64,000 nucleotides of DNA from a bacterium (GTDB taxonomy: Bacteria; Patescibacteriota; Minisyncoccia; UBA6257; WO2-44-18): contig JAUSKF010000006.1 in the NCBI GenBank assembly GCA_030646995.1, positions 8,624 through 72,623 of the forward strand, read 5' to 3'. Below, in pieces: positions 46,905 to 55,943 of the stretch; positions within the stretch are counted from its first letter, which is position 1; each line of letters starts with the position of its first letter. The notes beneath the pieces are model-generated. The model saw nothing but the letters and a program-made list of their open reading frames with translations. It did not search any database and was not told where the DNA came from. Made by a program: the position numbers and the translations under genes.

Positions 46905-47576
46905 TTACATTTCGTCGCGAATTCTAAGATATTCAAACATCTCGGGGATGGTGGCGTTTGGAGTGAAGTCGACGCCGTCCTTTTGAGCGTACTTCACGAT
47001 TCGGTCGTATTCACCCTGTACGTGGTCTACGAGCGTCCCGTCCATCGTTCCGCCACCGAGTAGCGGTTTCGCGAGCGGTTTGCTCCAATCCACTACGTGG
47101 AAAGTGCGATTGTACGCCTTCACGAAGATGCCCAACTTTTTCATCGAGGCGATGATTTGCAGGAAACAGCGGAGTTGGTGATGTGGAGCAGTAACGATTG
47201 TCACTGCTCTAAGATCTTGATCGTGCATCATCTTCAGCAAAGTTTCCGATTCGGCAGCGGTGTGATCGGCTCCTGCGATTATGCTGATGTCATCACGCCT
47301 AACTCCACAGCGCTCTAGTTCATCGGTAAATACTTCTAGGCCGGGATAGGCGAGGCCGCGCAAGCTGCAGACTAGATGCGAATGGCCGTTCAAGAAAATA
47401 TTCTTCGTCATCTTCTCTTTGTAGAACCGACCGATTGTGATTGCGGCCTCTCGGTTGTGTGCGGTGCTGGTGGTCGGGCTCCCATGCCAGAACAGACAGT
47501 CGGTTTTCTTCTCCTTGTCCATGAGGACCATCAGCACGGCCTTCATCATTTCGGCGCTTGTCGGCTCCCACTTCAC
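46905..47576 (-). CDS. Divergent YdcF/ElyC (DUF218)-like protein
   Basis: ADHTAAES and IVTAPHHQLRC resemble the DUF218 motifs xNTxEN and VTxxxHxxR; SD AAGGAGG before GTG. Confidence 0.6.
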   Translation of the reverse strand: MKWEPTSAEMMKAVLMVLMDKEKKTDCLFWHGSPTTSTAHNREAAITIGRFYKEKMTKNIFLNGHSHLVCSLRGLAYPGLEVFTDELERCGVRRDDISIIAGADHTAAESETLLKMMHDQDLRAVTIVTAPHHQLRCFLQIIASMKKLGIFVKAYNRTFHVVDWSKPLAKPLLGGGTMDGTLVDHVQGEYDRIVKYAQKDGVDFTPNATIPEMFEYLRIRDEM

Positions 47577-47608
47577 GGGCCACCTCCTTTGTTGGGGTTC
47601 TGTGGGAA

Positions 47609-47637
47609 ATAATAAATCAAAAAACCAGTAATGTCAA
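47609..47637 (-). promoter_or_regulatory. Sigma70 promoter for the DUF218-like gene
   Basis: Minus strand TTGACA (47637-47632), 17 nt, TATTAT (47614-47609). Confidence 0.7.
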
Positions 47638-47639
47638 GG

Positions 47640-47668
47640 TTGAAAGAAAGCCGATTTTATCGTAAAAT
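47640..47668 (+). promoter_or_regulatory. Sigma70 promoter, back-to-back with the previous one; near-leaderless transcript
   Basis: TTGAAA, 17 nt, TAAAAT, then 8 nt to ATG 47677. Confidence 0.65.
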
Positions 47669-47676
47669 ATCGGAGT

Positions 47677-48630
47677 ATGTTAAGTGAACCGAAAGCGGTT
47701 TTAGTGACCGGGGCGACCGGTTTTGTGGGTTCTCATTTGGTGCAGAGATTGACCAATGAGGGATATCAGACCCATATCTTATTGAGAACAAAGTCCGATC
47801 CGTGGAGGATAGCGGACATTTTGCCGAAACTGAAAGCGCATAATGTGGACCTGACTGATAGAGAAGGATTAGTAAAACTGATGGAAGAGGTGAGGCCGAA
47901 CTTTATATTCCATTTGGCAACCGCCGGGGTTTATGGAGGGAAGTCTTTACCTGATCAAGATCTTTTGAAAATAAATTTGGGCGGATTCTTAAATTTGGTG
48001 GAGGCAACTAATGATCTCGAATATTCTTTGTTCGTTAACACTGGAAGTTCAAGTGAATACGGTCCCAAAAATGAAGCGATGAAAGAGGGTGATGTGTGTC
48101 AACCTTCAAATATGTATGGGATCACCAAGTTGGCCGCCACTTTATACGGCCAGGCAGTCGCTGCGACCCACAAAAAGCCGATCGTGACTTTGCGGCTTTT
48201 CTCTCCGTTCGGCTCGCACGACGATGCCAAGCGTTTTATGGCGATTGCTGTAAGCGGGGGAATAAAAAATGAGGAATTGATCCTTAGTAACCCCACAGCT
48301 GTGCGCGACTTTATTTATATTGACGATGTGATTGATGCCTATCTACAATGTATGAGCAAAGCGGAAGCGCTTCGCGGCCAGGTGCTCAATATCGGCAGTG
48401 GCATAGAGATTGGCATTCCGTCCCTGTGCGAGAAGCTAAAAGAAATAGGCAAGTTTACCAACACTATCCGTAAGGAGCCGGGTCAGCCGAGGCTGGGAGA
48501 GTCTCCGAGTTGGCAGGCGGACATCACGAAAGCCAAAAAGTTGTTGGGGTGGCAACCCAAGCGTTCGCTGGAAGAGGGGCTGGAAAAGACTATTACTTGG
48601 TTTAGGGAGAATCTTAAATCTTATGAATAA
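47677..48630 (+). CDS. NAD-dependent epimerase/reductase (extended SDR; candidate CDP-sugar enzyme)
   Basis: VTGATGFVGS, GSSSEYG, YGITK, LRLFSPFG, RDFIYIDDV. Confidence 0.85.
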   Translation: MLSEPKAVLVTGATGFVGSHLVQRLTNEGYQTHILLRTKSDPWRIADILPKLKAHNVDLTDREGLVKLMEEVRPNFIFHLATAGVYGGKSLPDQDLLKINLGGFLNLVEATNDLEYSLFVNTGSSSEYGPKNEAMKEGDVCQPSNMYGITKLAATLYGQAVAATHKKPIVTLRLFSPFGSHDDAKRFMAIAVSGGIKNEELILSNPTAVRDFIYIDDVIDAYLQCMSKAEALRGQVLNIGSGIEIGIPSLCEKLKEIGKFTNTIRKEPGQPRLGESPSWQADITKAKKLLGWQPKRSLEEGLEKTITWFRENLKSYE

Positions 48631-49573
48631 CCATCTGACACAAAAGAAAATTTCCGTAGTGATTGCCTGCTACAACGAGGAGGCAAACATCCGGACCTTA
48701 TACGACCGGCTGATTAACGTTTTTAAAGACATCACCCCTCACTACGAATTTATCTACGTTGATAACAACAGCACTGATAGTTCGCCGCAGATCTATAAAG
48801 AGCTGGCGGCGCAGGACAAATCCGTTTCCGCCATATTAATGGCCAGGAATTTCGGAACTTCCGATTCTTCTTTTTCGGCCGGTACCGAATATGCCTCCGG
48901 CGACGCCGTGATCTGGATAGACGGTGACATCCAAGATCCTCCGGAGTTGATAAAAGAATTCGTGCAGAAATGGTTGGAAGGCAATGATGTTGTTTATGGC
49001 ATCCGGGCGAAGCGCGATGCCAGCTTGGTAATGAAGCTAGGTTCTAAGTTGTTCTATCGTGTCTTTAACAAAATGTCTTATATCCATATGCCGGTGGACG
49101 CGGGAGATTTCGGCTTGATGGACCGAAAGGTGGTGGACGTCTTCAATCAGCTGCCGGAGCGCGACCGGTTCGTGCGTGGATTACGGGCTTGGGTAGGCTT
49201 TAAGCAGACCGGAATACCGTACAAGCGAGCCGACCGCCAAGCAGGAGTGAGTACGCAAAAGATTTCGCGTTATTTTTACACCTTCCGCAAAGGAATCTTC
49301 TCCTTTTCTTATTACCCACTTTCCCTGATCACTTATCTGGCTGTTTTCGCTTTCTTTATTTTGGTGGCGGCAGGAATTATTTACCCGATTTGGTCCATTA
49401 TTGATCCCGCGCCTTCCGGATTCCTGACAATCTTAATGATTGTTTTGTTTATCGGCAGTGTGCAAATGATTTCTCTGGCAATCTTGGGCGAATATCTTGG
49501 AAGAATTTTTGAAGAAGTGAAGGGTCGGCCGAAGTATGTAATTCGGGAGATTATTAACGATAAAAGAAAATAA
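48623..49573 (+). CDS. GT2 polyprenol-phosphate glycosyltransferase (GtrB/ArnC-like)
   Basis: YNEEAN, DNNSTD, ARNFG, DGDIQDPPE, GDFGLMDR, two C-terminal TMs, GEYLGRIFEEVKGRPKY. Confidence 0.92.
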   Translation: MNNHLTQKKISVVIACYNEEANIRTLYDRLINVFKDITPHYEFIYVDNNSTDSSPQIYKELAAQDKSVSAILMARNFGTSDSSFSAGTEYASGDAVIWIDGDIQDPPELIKEFVQKWLEGNDVVYGIRAKRDASLVMKLGSKLFYRVFNKMSYIHMPVDAGDFGLMDRKVVDVFNQLPERDRFVRGLRAWVGFKQTGIPYKRADRQAGVSTQKISRYFYTFRKGIFSFSYYPLSLITYLAVFAFFILVAAGIIYPIWSIIDPAPSGFLTILMIVLFIGSVQMISLAILGEYLGRIFEEVKGRPKYVIREIINDKRK

Positions 49574-51351
49574 TGAAGTTATCCGACTATTTAATTGAAT
49601 ATCTACGCGACCAAGGGGTGAAGGATGTTTTTTTGGTAACCGGAGGAGCGGTGGCGCACATCGTGGACTCTTTTCGAAACATAAAGGGCATTGATTATGT
49701 GTGCACCCAACACGAACAGCCGGCGGCGATGGCGGCAGAGGCTTACGCGCGTGTTACCGGAAATATTGGAGTGGCGATGGCGACCAGTGGGCCGGGAGCG
49801 ACTAATTTAATTACCGGAATGTGTTGCGCTTGGTTTGATTCTATCCCGACGGTTTATATCACGGGGCAGGTCAATCGCGGAGAGTCAAAAGGAAAGAGCG
49901 GAGCGCGGCAGGTCGGTTTCCAGGAAACCGACATTGTCAGCATGGTGAAGCCAATCACTAAGTACGCAGTATTAGTGGATGATCATTTGAAAATAAAATA
50001 TTACTTAGACAAAGCTTTTTATATGGCCAAAGAAGGCCGGCCCGGACCGGTTCTGATTGATGTGCCGATGGATGTCCAGCGGCAGGAAATTGACCCAGCG
50101 AAACTCAGGGGTTTTAACGCGCCGAAAGAAAAAACTGTGGATGCGGTTTTAAAAAAGAAAATTAAATCCGCCTTGGCATTGGTTGCGAAATCCCAGCGCC
50201 CGGTAATCCTTGCGGGTGGGGGAATTAAGTTAGCTAAGGGCAATGCTGAGCTTTTGGAATTCATTAAGAAAACCGGCTTCCCGGTAGTTACCTCTTGGAG
50301 CGGATTTGACCTAGTGCCGCACAACCATAAAATGTTGGTAGGGCAATTCGGAGTTTATGGAAACCGAGGAGCTAACTTTGCCGTGCAAAATGCTGATTTG
50401 ATAATTAGCGTGGGTTCTCGTTTGGATACAAGGCAAACCGGCGGCCGTCCGGCTACTTTTGCCAGAGAGGCAAAAAAAATTGTTGTGGACATTGATCAGT
50501 CTGAGCTGGATAAGCGCCGAGGTCTGACTCCTGATGTTGAGATTTGCGCCGACGCTAAGTTATTTTTGAAAGAGATGAATCAATCTCTTAAAGATATAAA
50601 AATTCCCAAGATTGATTCATGGCTGAAAAAGGCGGCTGAATGGAAAGTGAAATATCCTACAGTTCTCCCTGAATATGAAAAGCAAAAGGGCAGCGTTAAT
50701 TCCTATGTTTTCGCTAAAACTCTTTCCGAAGAAGCCGCGGCGAATTCAATCGTCCTTCCCGATGACGGAGGCAACCTTACTTGGACAATGCAGTCTTGGC
50801 AGCTGAAAGAAGGCCAGATGCTTTTTTCGGCCTTCGGGAATTCTCCGATGGGTTATTCTTTCCCGGCGGCGATTGGCGCTTCTTATGCCGCCGACCACAA
50901 ACGTCCGGTGATTTGTATCATCGGTGACGGCAGTTTCCAGATGAATATTCACGAACTGCAAACCGTTGCTCACTATAAGATTCCAATCAAGATATTTATT
51001 TTGAATAATCACTCTTACGGAATCATCAAGCAATTCCAGGATATGTATTTTGGTGGCCGACACGAGGCTTCTTCCTCGGACAAAGGCTATAGCTGTCCGG
51101 ATTTTATTAAAGTTGCTCAAGCATACGGGCTAAAGACTGTTTCTATTAATAATCATCAGGAGTTACGGAAAAAGATTAAGGAGGTGCTGGCCTCTAAGGA
51201 GGCAGTTCTATGTGATGTGTTGTTGGATGAAGGGCAAAAGTTGATGCCGAAATTGGAATTCGGAAAATCGATTGAAGACTTGATGCCTTATTTGCCGCGC
51301 GAGGAGTTTAAGAAAAATATGATCGTGAAGCCGTTGGACGAACCAAGATAA
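49573..51351 (+). CDS. Thiamine-diphosphate-dependent acetolactate-synthase-like enzyme (YerE-like candidate)
   Basis: HEQPAAMAAEAYAR, TSGPGATN, GFQETD, GRPGPV, GDGSFQMN...NN TPP motif. Confidence 0.88.
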   Translation: MKLSDYLIEYLRDQGVKDVFLVTGGAVAHIVDSFRNIKGIDYVCTQHEQPAAMAAEAYARVTGNIGVAMATSGPGATNLITGMCCAWFDSIPTVYITGQVNRGESKGKSGARQVGFQETDIVSMVKPITKYAVLVDDHLKIKYYLDKAFYMAKEGRPGPVLIDVPMDVQRQEIDPAKLRGFNAPKEKTVDAVLKKKIKSALALVAKSQRPVILAGGGIKLAKGNAELLEFIKKTGFPVVTSWSGFDLVPHNHKMLVGQFGVYGNRGANFAVQNADLIISVGSRLDTRQTGGRPATFAREAKKIVVDIDQSELDKRRGLTPDVEICADAKLFLKEMNQSLKDIKIPKIDSWLKKAAEWKVKYPTVLPEYEKQKGSVNSYVFAKTLSEEAAANSIVLPDDGGNLTWTMQSWQLKEGQMLFSAFGNSPMGYSFPAAIGASYAADHKRPVICIIGDGSFQMNIHELQTVAHYKIPIKIFILNNHSYGIIKQFQDMYFGGRHEASSSDKGYSCPDFIKVAQAYGLKTVSINNHQELRKKIKEVLASKEAVLCDVLLDEGQKLMPKLEFGKSIEDLMPYLPREEFKKNMIVKPLDEPR

Positions 51352-52517
51352 TGGAGCATCAATTTTCTAAAGACGCAAAAAATTTAGTTGGCAGCCCGAT
51401 GTTCAAAATGATGGCGCGGGTGCAGGAGCTGGAAAAGTCCGGCAAGAAGATCATCCATTTTGAAATAGGCGATCCCGATTTTTCCACGCCTCAGCGTATT
51501 ACCGATGCGGCAATCGATGCTTTGAAGGCCGGAGAAACTCACTATGTGAATTCTTCCGGTATGGCCCAGCTACGCGATGCTATCTGCGATTCCACCGAAA
51601 AAGATCTGGGTTGGAGGCCGGAGCGTGAGCAGGTCGTCGTTGCCCCAGCGATTTCTTTTATTTATTTTACCGTCCGGGCGTTGGTTAATCCCGGTGAAGA
51701 AGTGATTGTAGCAGAGCCGGGCTATTCTTCATATTTTTCTACTTTTGACTTCATCGGCGTAAAGGCCGTCACCGTTCCGGTATTTGAAAAGAATAATTTT
51801 CGGCTAGCGGCGGCCGATCTGGAAAAAGCGATTACTCCAAAAACTCGGTTGGTAATTCTCACTTCTCCTAGTAATCCGACCGGGGCGATGATGACCAAGG
51901 AGAATTTGACGGCCATCTACAAGCTGGCGGAGAAGCATAATTTTTATATCTTGAGCGACGAGGTTTATAAAAAAATGACTTACGACTTGCCCTTTAGCTC
52001 CATTTCGGCCAACGACCGTTGCCAGGAACGGGTGATTATTTTGGATGGATTTTCAAAGGCTTATGCAATGACTGGCTGGCGTCTGGGTTATTCTATTGCT
52101 CCGAAGCCAATCGCTGAAAAATTAGGATTAATGATTCAGACGGTCATTTCCAATGTGCCCCCATTTATTCAATTGGCAGGCGTTGAGGCCCTTTCCGGAG
52201 ATCAGAGCAGTATAAAAGTGATGATGGATGAGTATCGAAAGAGAAAGGATGTGATGATTAAAGGATTTAATGAATTGCCTGGAGTTTCCTGCATAGATCC
52301 CGATGGAGCTTTTTATGCATTTCCGAATATTCAGAAAACCGGAATGACCAGCAAAGAATTTGCGGAATTTATTTTAGAAAAGGCCAACGTTGCGCTGTTG
52401 CCCGGCACTGATTTTGGGCCGCACGGCGAGGGATATTTACGTGTTACCTTTGCCACCTCTTTGTCTAATATTGAAGAAGGGCTTCGCCGGATGAAAGAAG
52501 CGCTGTCAAAAAAATAA
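51351..52517 (+). CDS. PLP-dependent aminotransferase class I/II
   Basis: IGDPDF, SPSNPTG, LSDEVY, GFSKAYAMTGWRLG, GAFYAF. Confidence 0.92.
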   Translation: MEHQFSKDAKNLVGSPMFKMMARVQELEKSGKKIIHFEIGDPDFSTPQRITDAAIDALKAGETHYVNSSGMAQLRDAICDSTEKDLGWRPEREQVVVAPAISFIYFTVRALVNPGEEVIVAEPGYSSYFSTFDFIGVKAVTVPVFEKNNFRLAAADLEKAITPKTRLVILTSPSNPTGAMMTKENLTAIYKLAEKHNFYILSDEVYKKMTYDLPFSSISANDRCQERVIILDGFSKAYAMTGWRLGYSIAPKPIAEKLGLMIQTVISNVPPFIQLAGVEALSGDQSSIKVMMDEYRKRKDVMIKGFNELPGVSCIDPDGAFYAFPNIQKTGMTSKEFAEFILEKANVALLPGTDFGPHGEGYLRVTFATSLSNIEEGLRRMKEALSKK

Positions 52518-52518
52518 A

Positions 52519-53823
52519 ATGGATAAAGAAATAGCGGGTTTCATAAAAAAGTATTACCAGAAGAACTTCGCGGGGAAGAAATTCGTTCCCGGCGAAACAC
52601 ATATTCCCGCTTCGGGAAAATCTTTTGATTATCAGGAGATGGTTTTGATGACGGAAGCCGTTTTGGATGGTTGGTGGACCGAGGGACGGTTCGCGGCGGC
52701 TTTTGAGAAGCAGTTGGCCGAATTCGTAGGCGTCAAACATTGCGTTACCACCAATTCCGGATCTTCGGCCAATCTTCTGGCTATTTCCGCGCTGACTTCT
52801 TATCATCTGGGCGAACGACGCTTGAAACCGGGAGATGAAGTGATTACTTTGGCAGCCGGATTCCCAACCACTATTAATCCGATAATTCTTCATCAAGCCA
52901 TCCCGGTTTTCGTGGATATTGATCTCGCGACTGCCAACGTGGATATTGGAAAATTAGAGAAAGCTTTCTCTAAAAAAACTAAAGCTGTGTTCCTTCCTCA
53001 CCATCTCGGCAATCCATTTAACGTGGCAGCCGTTCAGAAGCTTTGCAAAAAACATAAAGCCTGGCTGATAGAGGATTGTTGCGATGCTCTGGGGGCGAAA
53101 TTCGGTGGGAAGCGCGTCGGCAGCTTCGGCGACTTGTCCACCTTCAGTTTTTATGCCGCACACCACATAACCAGCGGAGAAGGAGGAGCGATAATGACCA
53201 ATGATGAGCGGCTGGCCGCCATCGTGCGTTCATTCCGTGATTGGGGTCGGGAATATTGGTTCAAGACTGGCGAGGATATCCGACGCAACAAAGGCCTGGG
53301 AACGGTTAAGCACAGCAAGCTTCCGGCTGATTACGATGATAAATTTATCTTCTCCGAGATCGGCTACAACCTGCGCCTGACCGATATGCAGGCCGCGCTG
53401 GGTTTAGTTCAACTCGGAAAGATCGGAGAGTTCGCGAAACGTCGGGAAAGCAATTTCCAATATTTGTATAAGTTGATGAGCCCGTATAAAAAGTTCTTTA
53501 TTTTGCCGGGCATGGAAAAATCCGCAGCGCCTTCTTGGTTTGGATTTTTAATGACCCTGAAGCCGGATTGCCCATTTACTCGTAAGGAATTCGTGGATTA
53601 TTTGCACAAACACAACGTTGGTACCCGTATGTTCCTCGCCGGCAACGTTATCAAGCAGCCGTACTTCCAGATATATAAGGTAAAGTTTAAAGCTGGGAAT
53701 CTTGCCAGCACGGATTACGTTTTGAGTAATTCCGTTTGGGTCGGAGTCCATCAGGCGATTGATAATGAGAGGAGGGAATATATGGGGAAAGTCTTGAAGT
53801 CGTTTTTGGCGAAGTATAAATAA
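52519..53823 (+). CDS. rfbH: RfbH/DdhC-like CDP-4-keto-6-deoxyglucose 3-dehydratase
   Basis: NSGSSANL, GERRLKPGDEVIT, GFPTTINP, HHLGNPF, EDCCDALG, SFYAAHHITSGEGG, RDWGR. Confidence 0.88.
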   Translation: MDKEIAGFIKKYYQKNFAGKKFVPGETHIPASGKSFDYQEMVLMTEAVLDGWWTEGRFAAAFEKQLAEFVGVKHCVTTNSGSSANLLAISALTSYHLGERRLKPGDEVITLAAGFPTTINPIILHQAIPVFVDIDLATANVDIGKLEKAFSKKTKAVFLPHHLGNPFNVAAVQKLCKKHKAWLIEDCCDALGAKFGGKRVGSFGDLSTFSFYAAHHITSGEGGAIMTNDERLAAIVRSFRDWGREYWFKTGEDIRRNKGLGTVKHSKLPADYDDKFIFSEIGYNLRLTDMQAALGLVQLGKIGEFAKRRESNFQYLYKLMSPYKKFFILPGMEKSAAPSWFGFLMTLKPDCPFTRKEFVDYLHKHNVGTRMFLAGNVIKQPYFQIYKVKFKAGNLASTDYVLSNSVWVGVHQAIDNERREYMGKVLKSFLAKYK

Positions 53824-55172
53824 TGACAAAGACCATTTTTATTACGATCTTCCAAGGAGTGGAGGCGCGTAATATTCTCCGAACCGATATATATAAGGAA
53901 TTGGTTGGTCGTCCGGATGTTCGGCTGGTTCTTTTTACCGACAGTGAAGAGAAAAGGAATTATTATCAAAAGGAATTTAACGGTCCGAACGTGATCTATG
54001 AGGTCGTTGGGGAATATCACGCTCGCGGCATTCAGAAATTTTTTGGTGCAGCCAAATTCAATCTAATTAATACTGCCACGGTTGATATTAAAAGAGATAT
54101 CCTGTTTTTCAAAGAACATAGTTATCTGAAATTTTATCGGCGGTGGCTGATCAATCGGCTGTTCGCGCGCAATTTTGTTCGCCGGATAGTTCGCTGGTTG
54201 GACTGGCGGTTGGTTTCTGACCAGTTTTTTAAAAAGTATTTTGATCAATACGATCCGGATCTAGTCCTATCAGCACATCTTTTTGGTGGCACAGAGACCG
54301 CAGTGATTCGGGAGGCGCGCCGTCGTGGAGTTGTCAGCGTCGGATTGATCAATTCCTGGGATAAACTGACCGCCAGAGCAATGATCCGTTTGCTTCCGGA
54401 TTGGATGATTGTTCATAACGATTCAGTGAAAAAAGATGCGATTATTTATGCCGATATGCCAGCTGGTCGCATCTTCGTTTCCGGCATACCCCACTTCGAT
54501 CGGTATAAGACCGGGACCAGGGCTCCGCGCGATCGCTTTTTGCAAGAGATCGGCCTTGACCCCGATAAAAAAACCATTTTGTATCTTCCAGTCGGTCGCG
54601 CCGCCAGTGATGATGATGCCGATATGATGAAATTTTTTGCCGATCTGTTATCGGATAAACGTTTGAAATTTCCGACTCAGCTGATTTTTCGATTCCCGCC
54701 TAATGATGAGATTGTCGCGGAGGGAAAATTTCCAAATGGTGTAGTTATTCAAACACCGGGACGAAGATTCTCTTTGAAACGTGGATCGGATTGGGATATG
54801 AATGAGGACGATTTCCGGATCCTAGCCGACACAATTACTAGCAGTGATGTCGTGGTCGGGTATCCTTCAACGATGATGATAGATGCGGCGATTTTTGATA
54901 AGCCGGTGATTAACATTGCATATGAGCGGCGCCCGCATCCCCGAAATTTCATCCTCTGGGCTTACGAGGTGGATCACTATCGGTCCGTGCTCAATACCGG
55001 CGCCGTCCGGTTGGTTAAGAATGACGATGAATTAATTGATCAGCTGAATGCTTATTTTGCGGATCCTTCATCGGATCGTGAGGGGCGCCGTCGTTTAGTC
55101 GCGGAGCAATGCGGCGCACAGGACGGTAAGGCGGGAAAGCGGGTGGCGGATTTTTTGCTAAACCGTATTTAA
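53823..55172 (+). CDS. TagF-like GT-B protein, paralog 5
   Basis: SWDKLTAR, SGIPHFD, SSDVVV, STMMIDAAIFDKPVIN, DGKAG. Confidence 0.7.
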   Translation: MTKTIFITIFQGVEARNILRTDIYKELVGRPDVRLVLFTDSEEKRNYYQKEFNGPNVIYEVVGEYHARGIQKFFGAAKFNLINTATVDIKRDILFFKEHSYLKFYRRWLINRLFARNFVRRIVRWLDWRLVSDQFFKKYFDQYDPDLVLSAHLFGGTETAVIREARRRGVVSVGLINSWDKLTARAMIRLLPDWMIVHNDSVKKDAIIYADMPAGRIFVSGIPHFDRYKTGTRAPRDRFLQEIGLDPDKKTILYLPVGRAASDDDADMMKFFADLLSDKRLKFPTQLIFRFPPNDEIVAEGKFPNGVVIQTPGRRFSLKRGSDWDMNEDDFRILADTITSSDVVVGYPSTMMIDAAIFDKPVINIAYERRPHPRNFILWAYEVDHYRSVLNTGAVRLVKNDDELIDQLNAYFADPSSDREGRRRLVAEQCGAQDGKAGKRVADFLLNRI

Positions 55173-55190
55173 AACGATACTATTAAACCA

Positions 55191-55667
55191 ATGATCTCAT
55201 TTGAAATATTAAGGAAATACAGTGACCGGGATCGAGCTGATATTAATCGGCTCCTTCCTCAAATTGCCGAAAAACCTCATTTGTTATCAAAGAAAGAATT
55301 CCAGAAAGTTTTGAACGAGAAGGACAATTGCAATCTGGTGGTGGCCAGAGACAGCATTAAGAAAAGGATCGCGGGGATGGCTGCCGTCACTTTTGCTCGA
55401 GTCCCTACTGGTCTTTTGGCGATGGTTGAGGACGTGGTAGTGGATTCCGATTATCGTGGAATGGGTATTGGAGCTAAGCTGACCGAAAAGTTGATCGCCT
55501 TAGCGAAGAAAAGGATGGCGAAGCACATCAGTCTTACGACTAATCCGGCGCGCGAAGCTGCCAACGCCATGTATAAGAAAATGGGGTTTTTTTTGAAGGA
55601 AACTAATTATTACCGCATCAACTTGCACCTACCAAAGCCCAACCTTAAGAGGGGTAAGAATCTATAG
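55191..55667 (+). CDS. GNAT family N-acetyltransferase
   Basis: VEDVVVDSDYRGMGIG; LTTNPAREAANAMYKKMGF. Confidence 0.9.
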   Translation: MISFEILRKYSDRDRADINRLLPQIAEKPHLLSKKEFQKVLNEKDNCNLVVARDSIKKRIAGMAAVTFARVPTGLLAMVEDVVVDSDYRGMGIGAKLTEKLIALAKKRMAKHISLTTNPAREAANAMYKKMGFFLKETNYYRINLHLPKPNLKRGKNL

Positions 55668-55714
55668 GGTGTATTGGATTTTTCCTGATTTTGTTGCATA
55701 GTCTTAGGGAAATT

Positions 55715-55939
55715 ATGGAGTATATAAAGCTCAAGCGGCGCAAGGACAACCTGATTATCCTGCGTTATCCCGACGGCCACGAAGTGGTCAGCTTGGTAAG
55801 TGAAGTTCAGCATCCCGTGATTCGGGAAGCCTTGGAGTCTCGGAGCTTTCGTGGCGGGCTGGATTTGGTGGCCAGTTCCGCAATCGCCAAGCGAGAAGAT
55901 GTCCTGCAGGCATTGGATCGCGAATCGTTAACCTCTTAA
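55715..55939 (+). CDS. Small hypothetical protein
   Basis: 74-aa ORF filling the gap between the GNAT gene and acpS on the same strand; no motif recognised. Confidence 0.5.
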   Translation: MEYIKLKRRKDNLIILRYPDGHEVVSLVSEVQHPVIREALESRSFRGGLDLVASSAIAKREDVLQALDRESLTS

Positions 55940-55943
55940 AAAA

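Noticed and set aside
49573-51351. Call as ilvB of branched-chain amino acid synthesis
   Set aside because: No small subunit or other ilv genes nearby and the context is nucleotide-sugar genes; gene symbol withheld.
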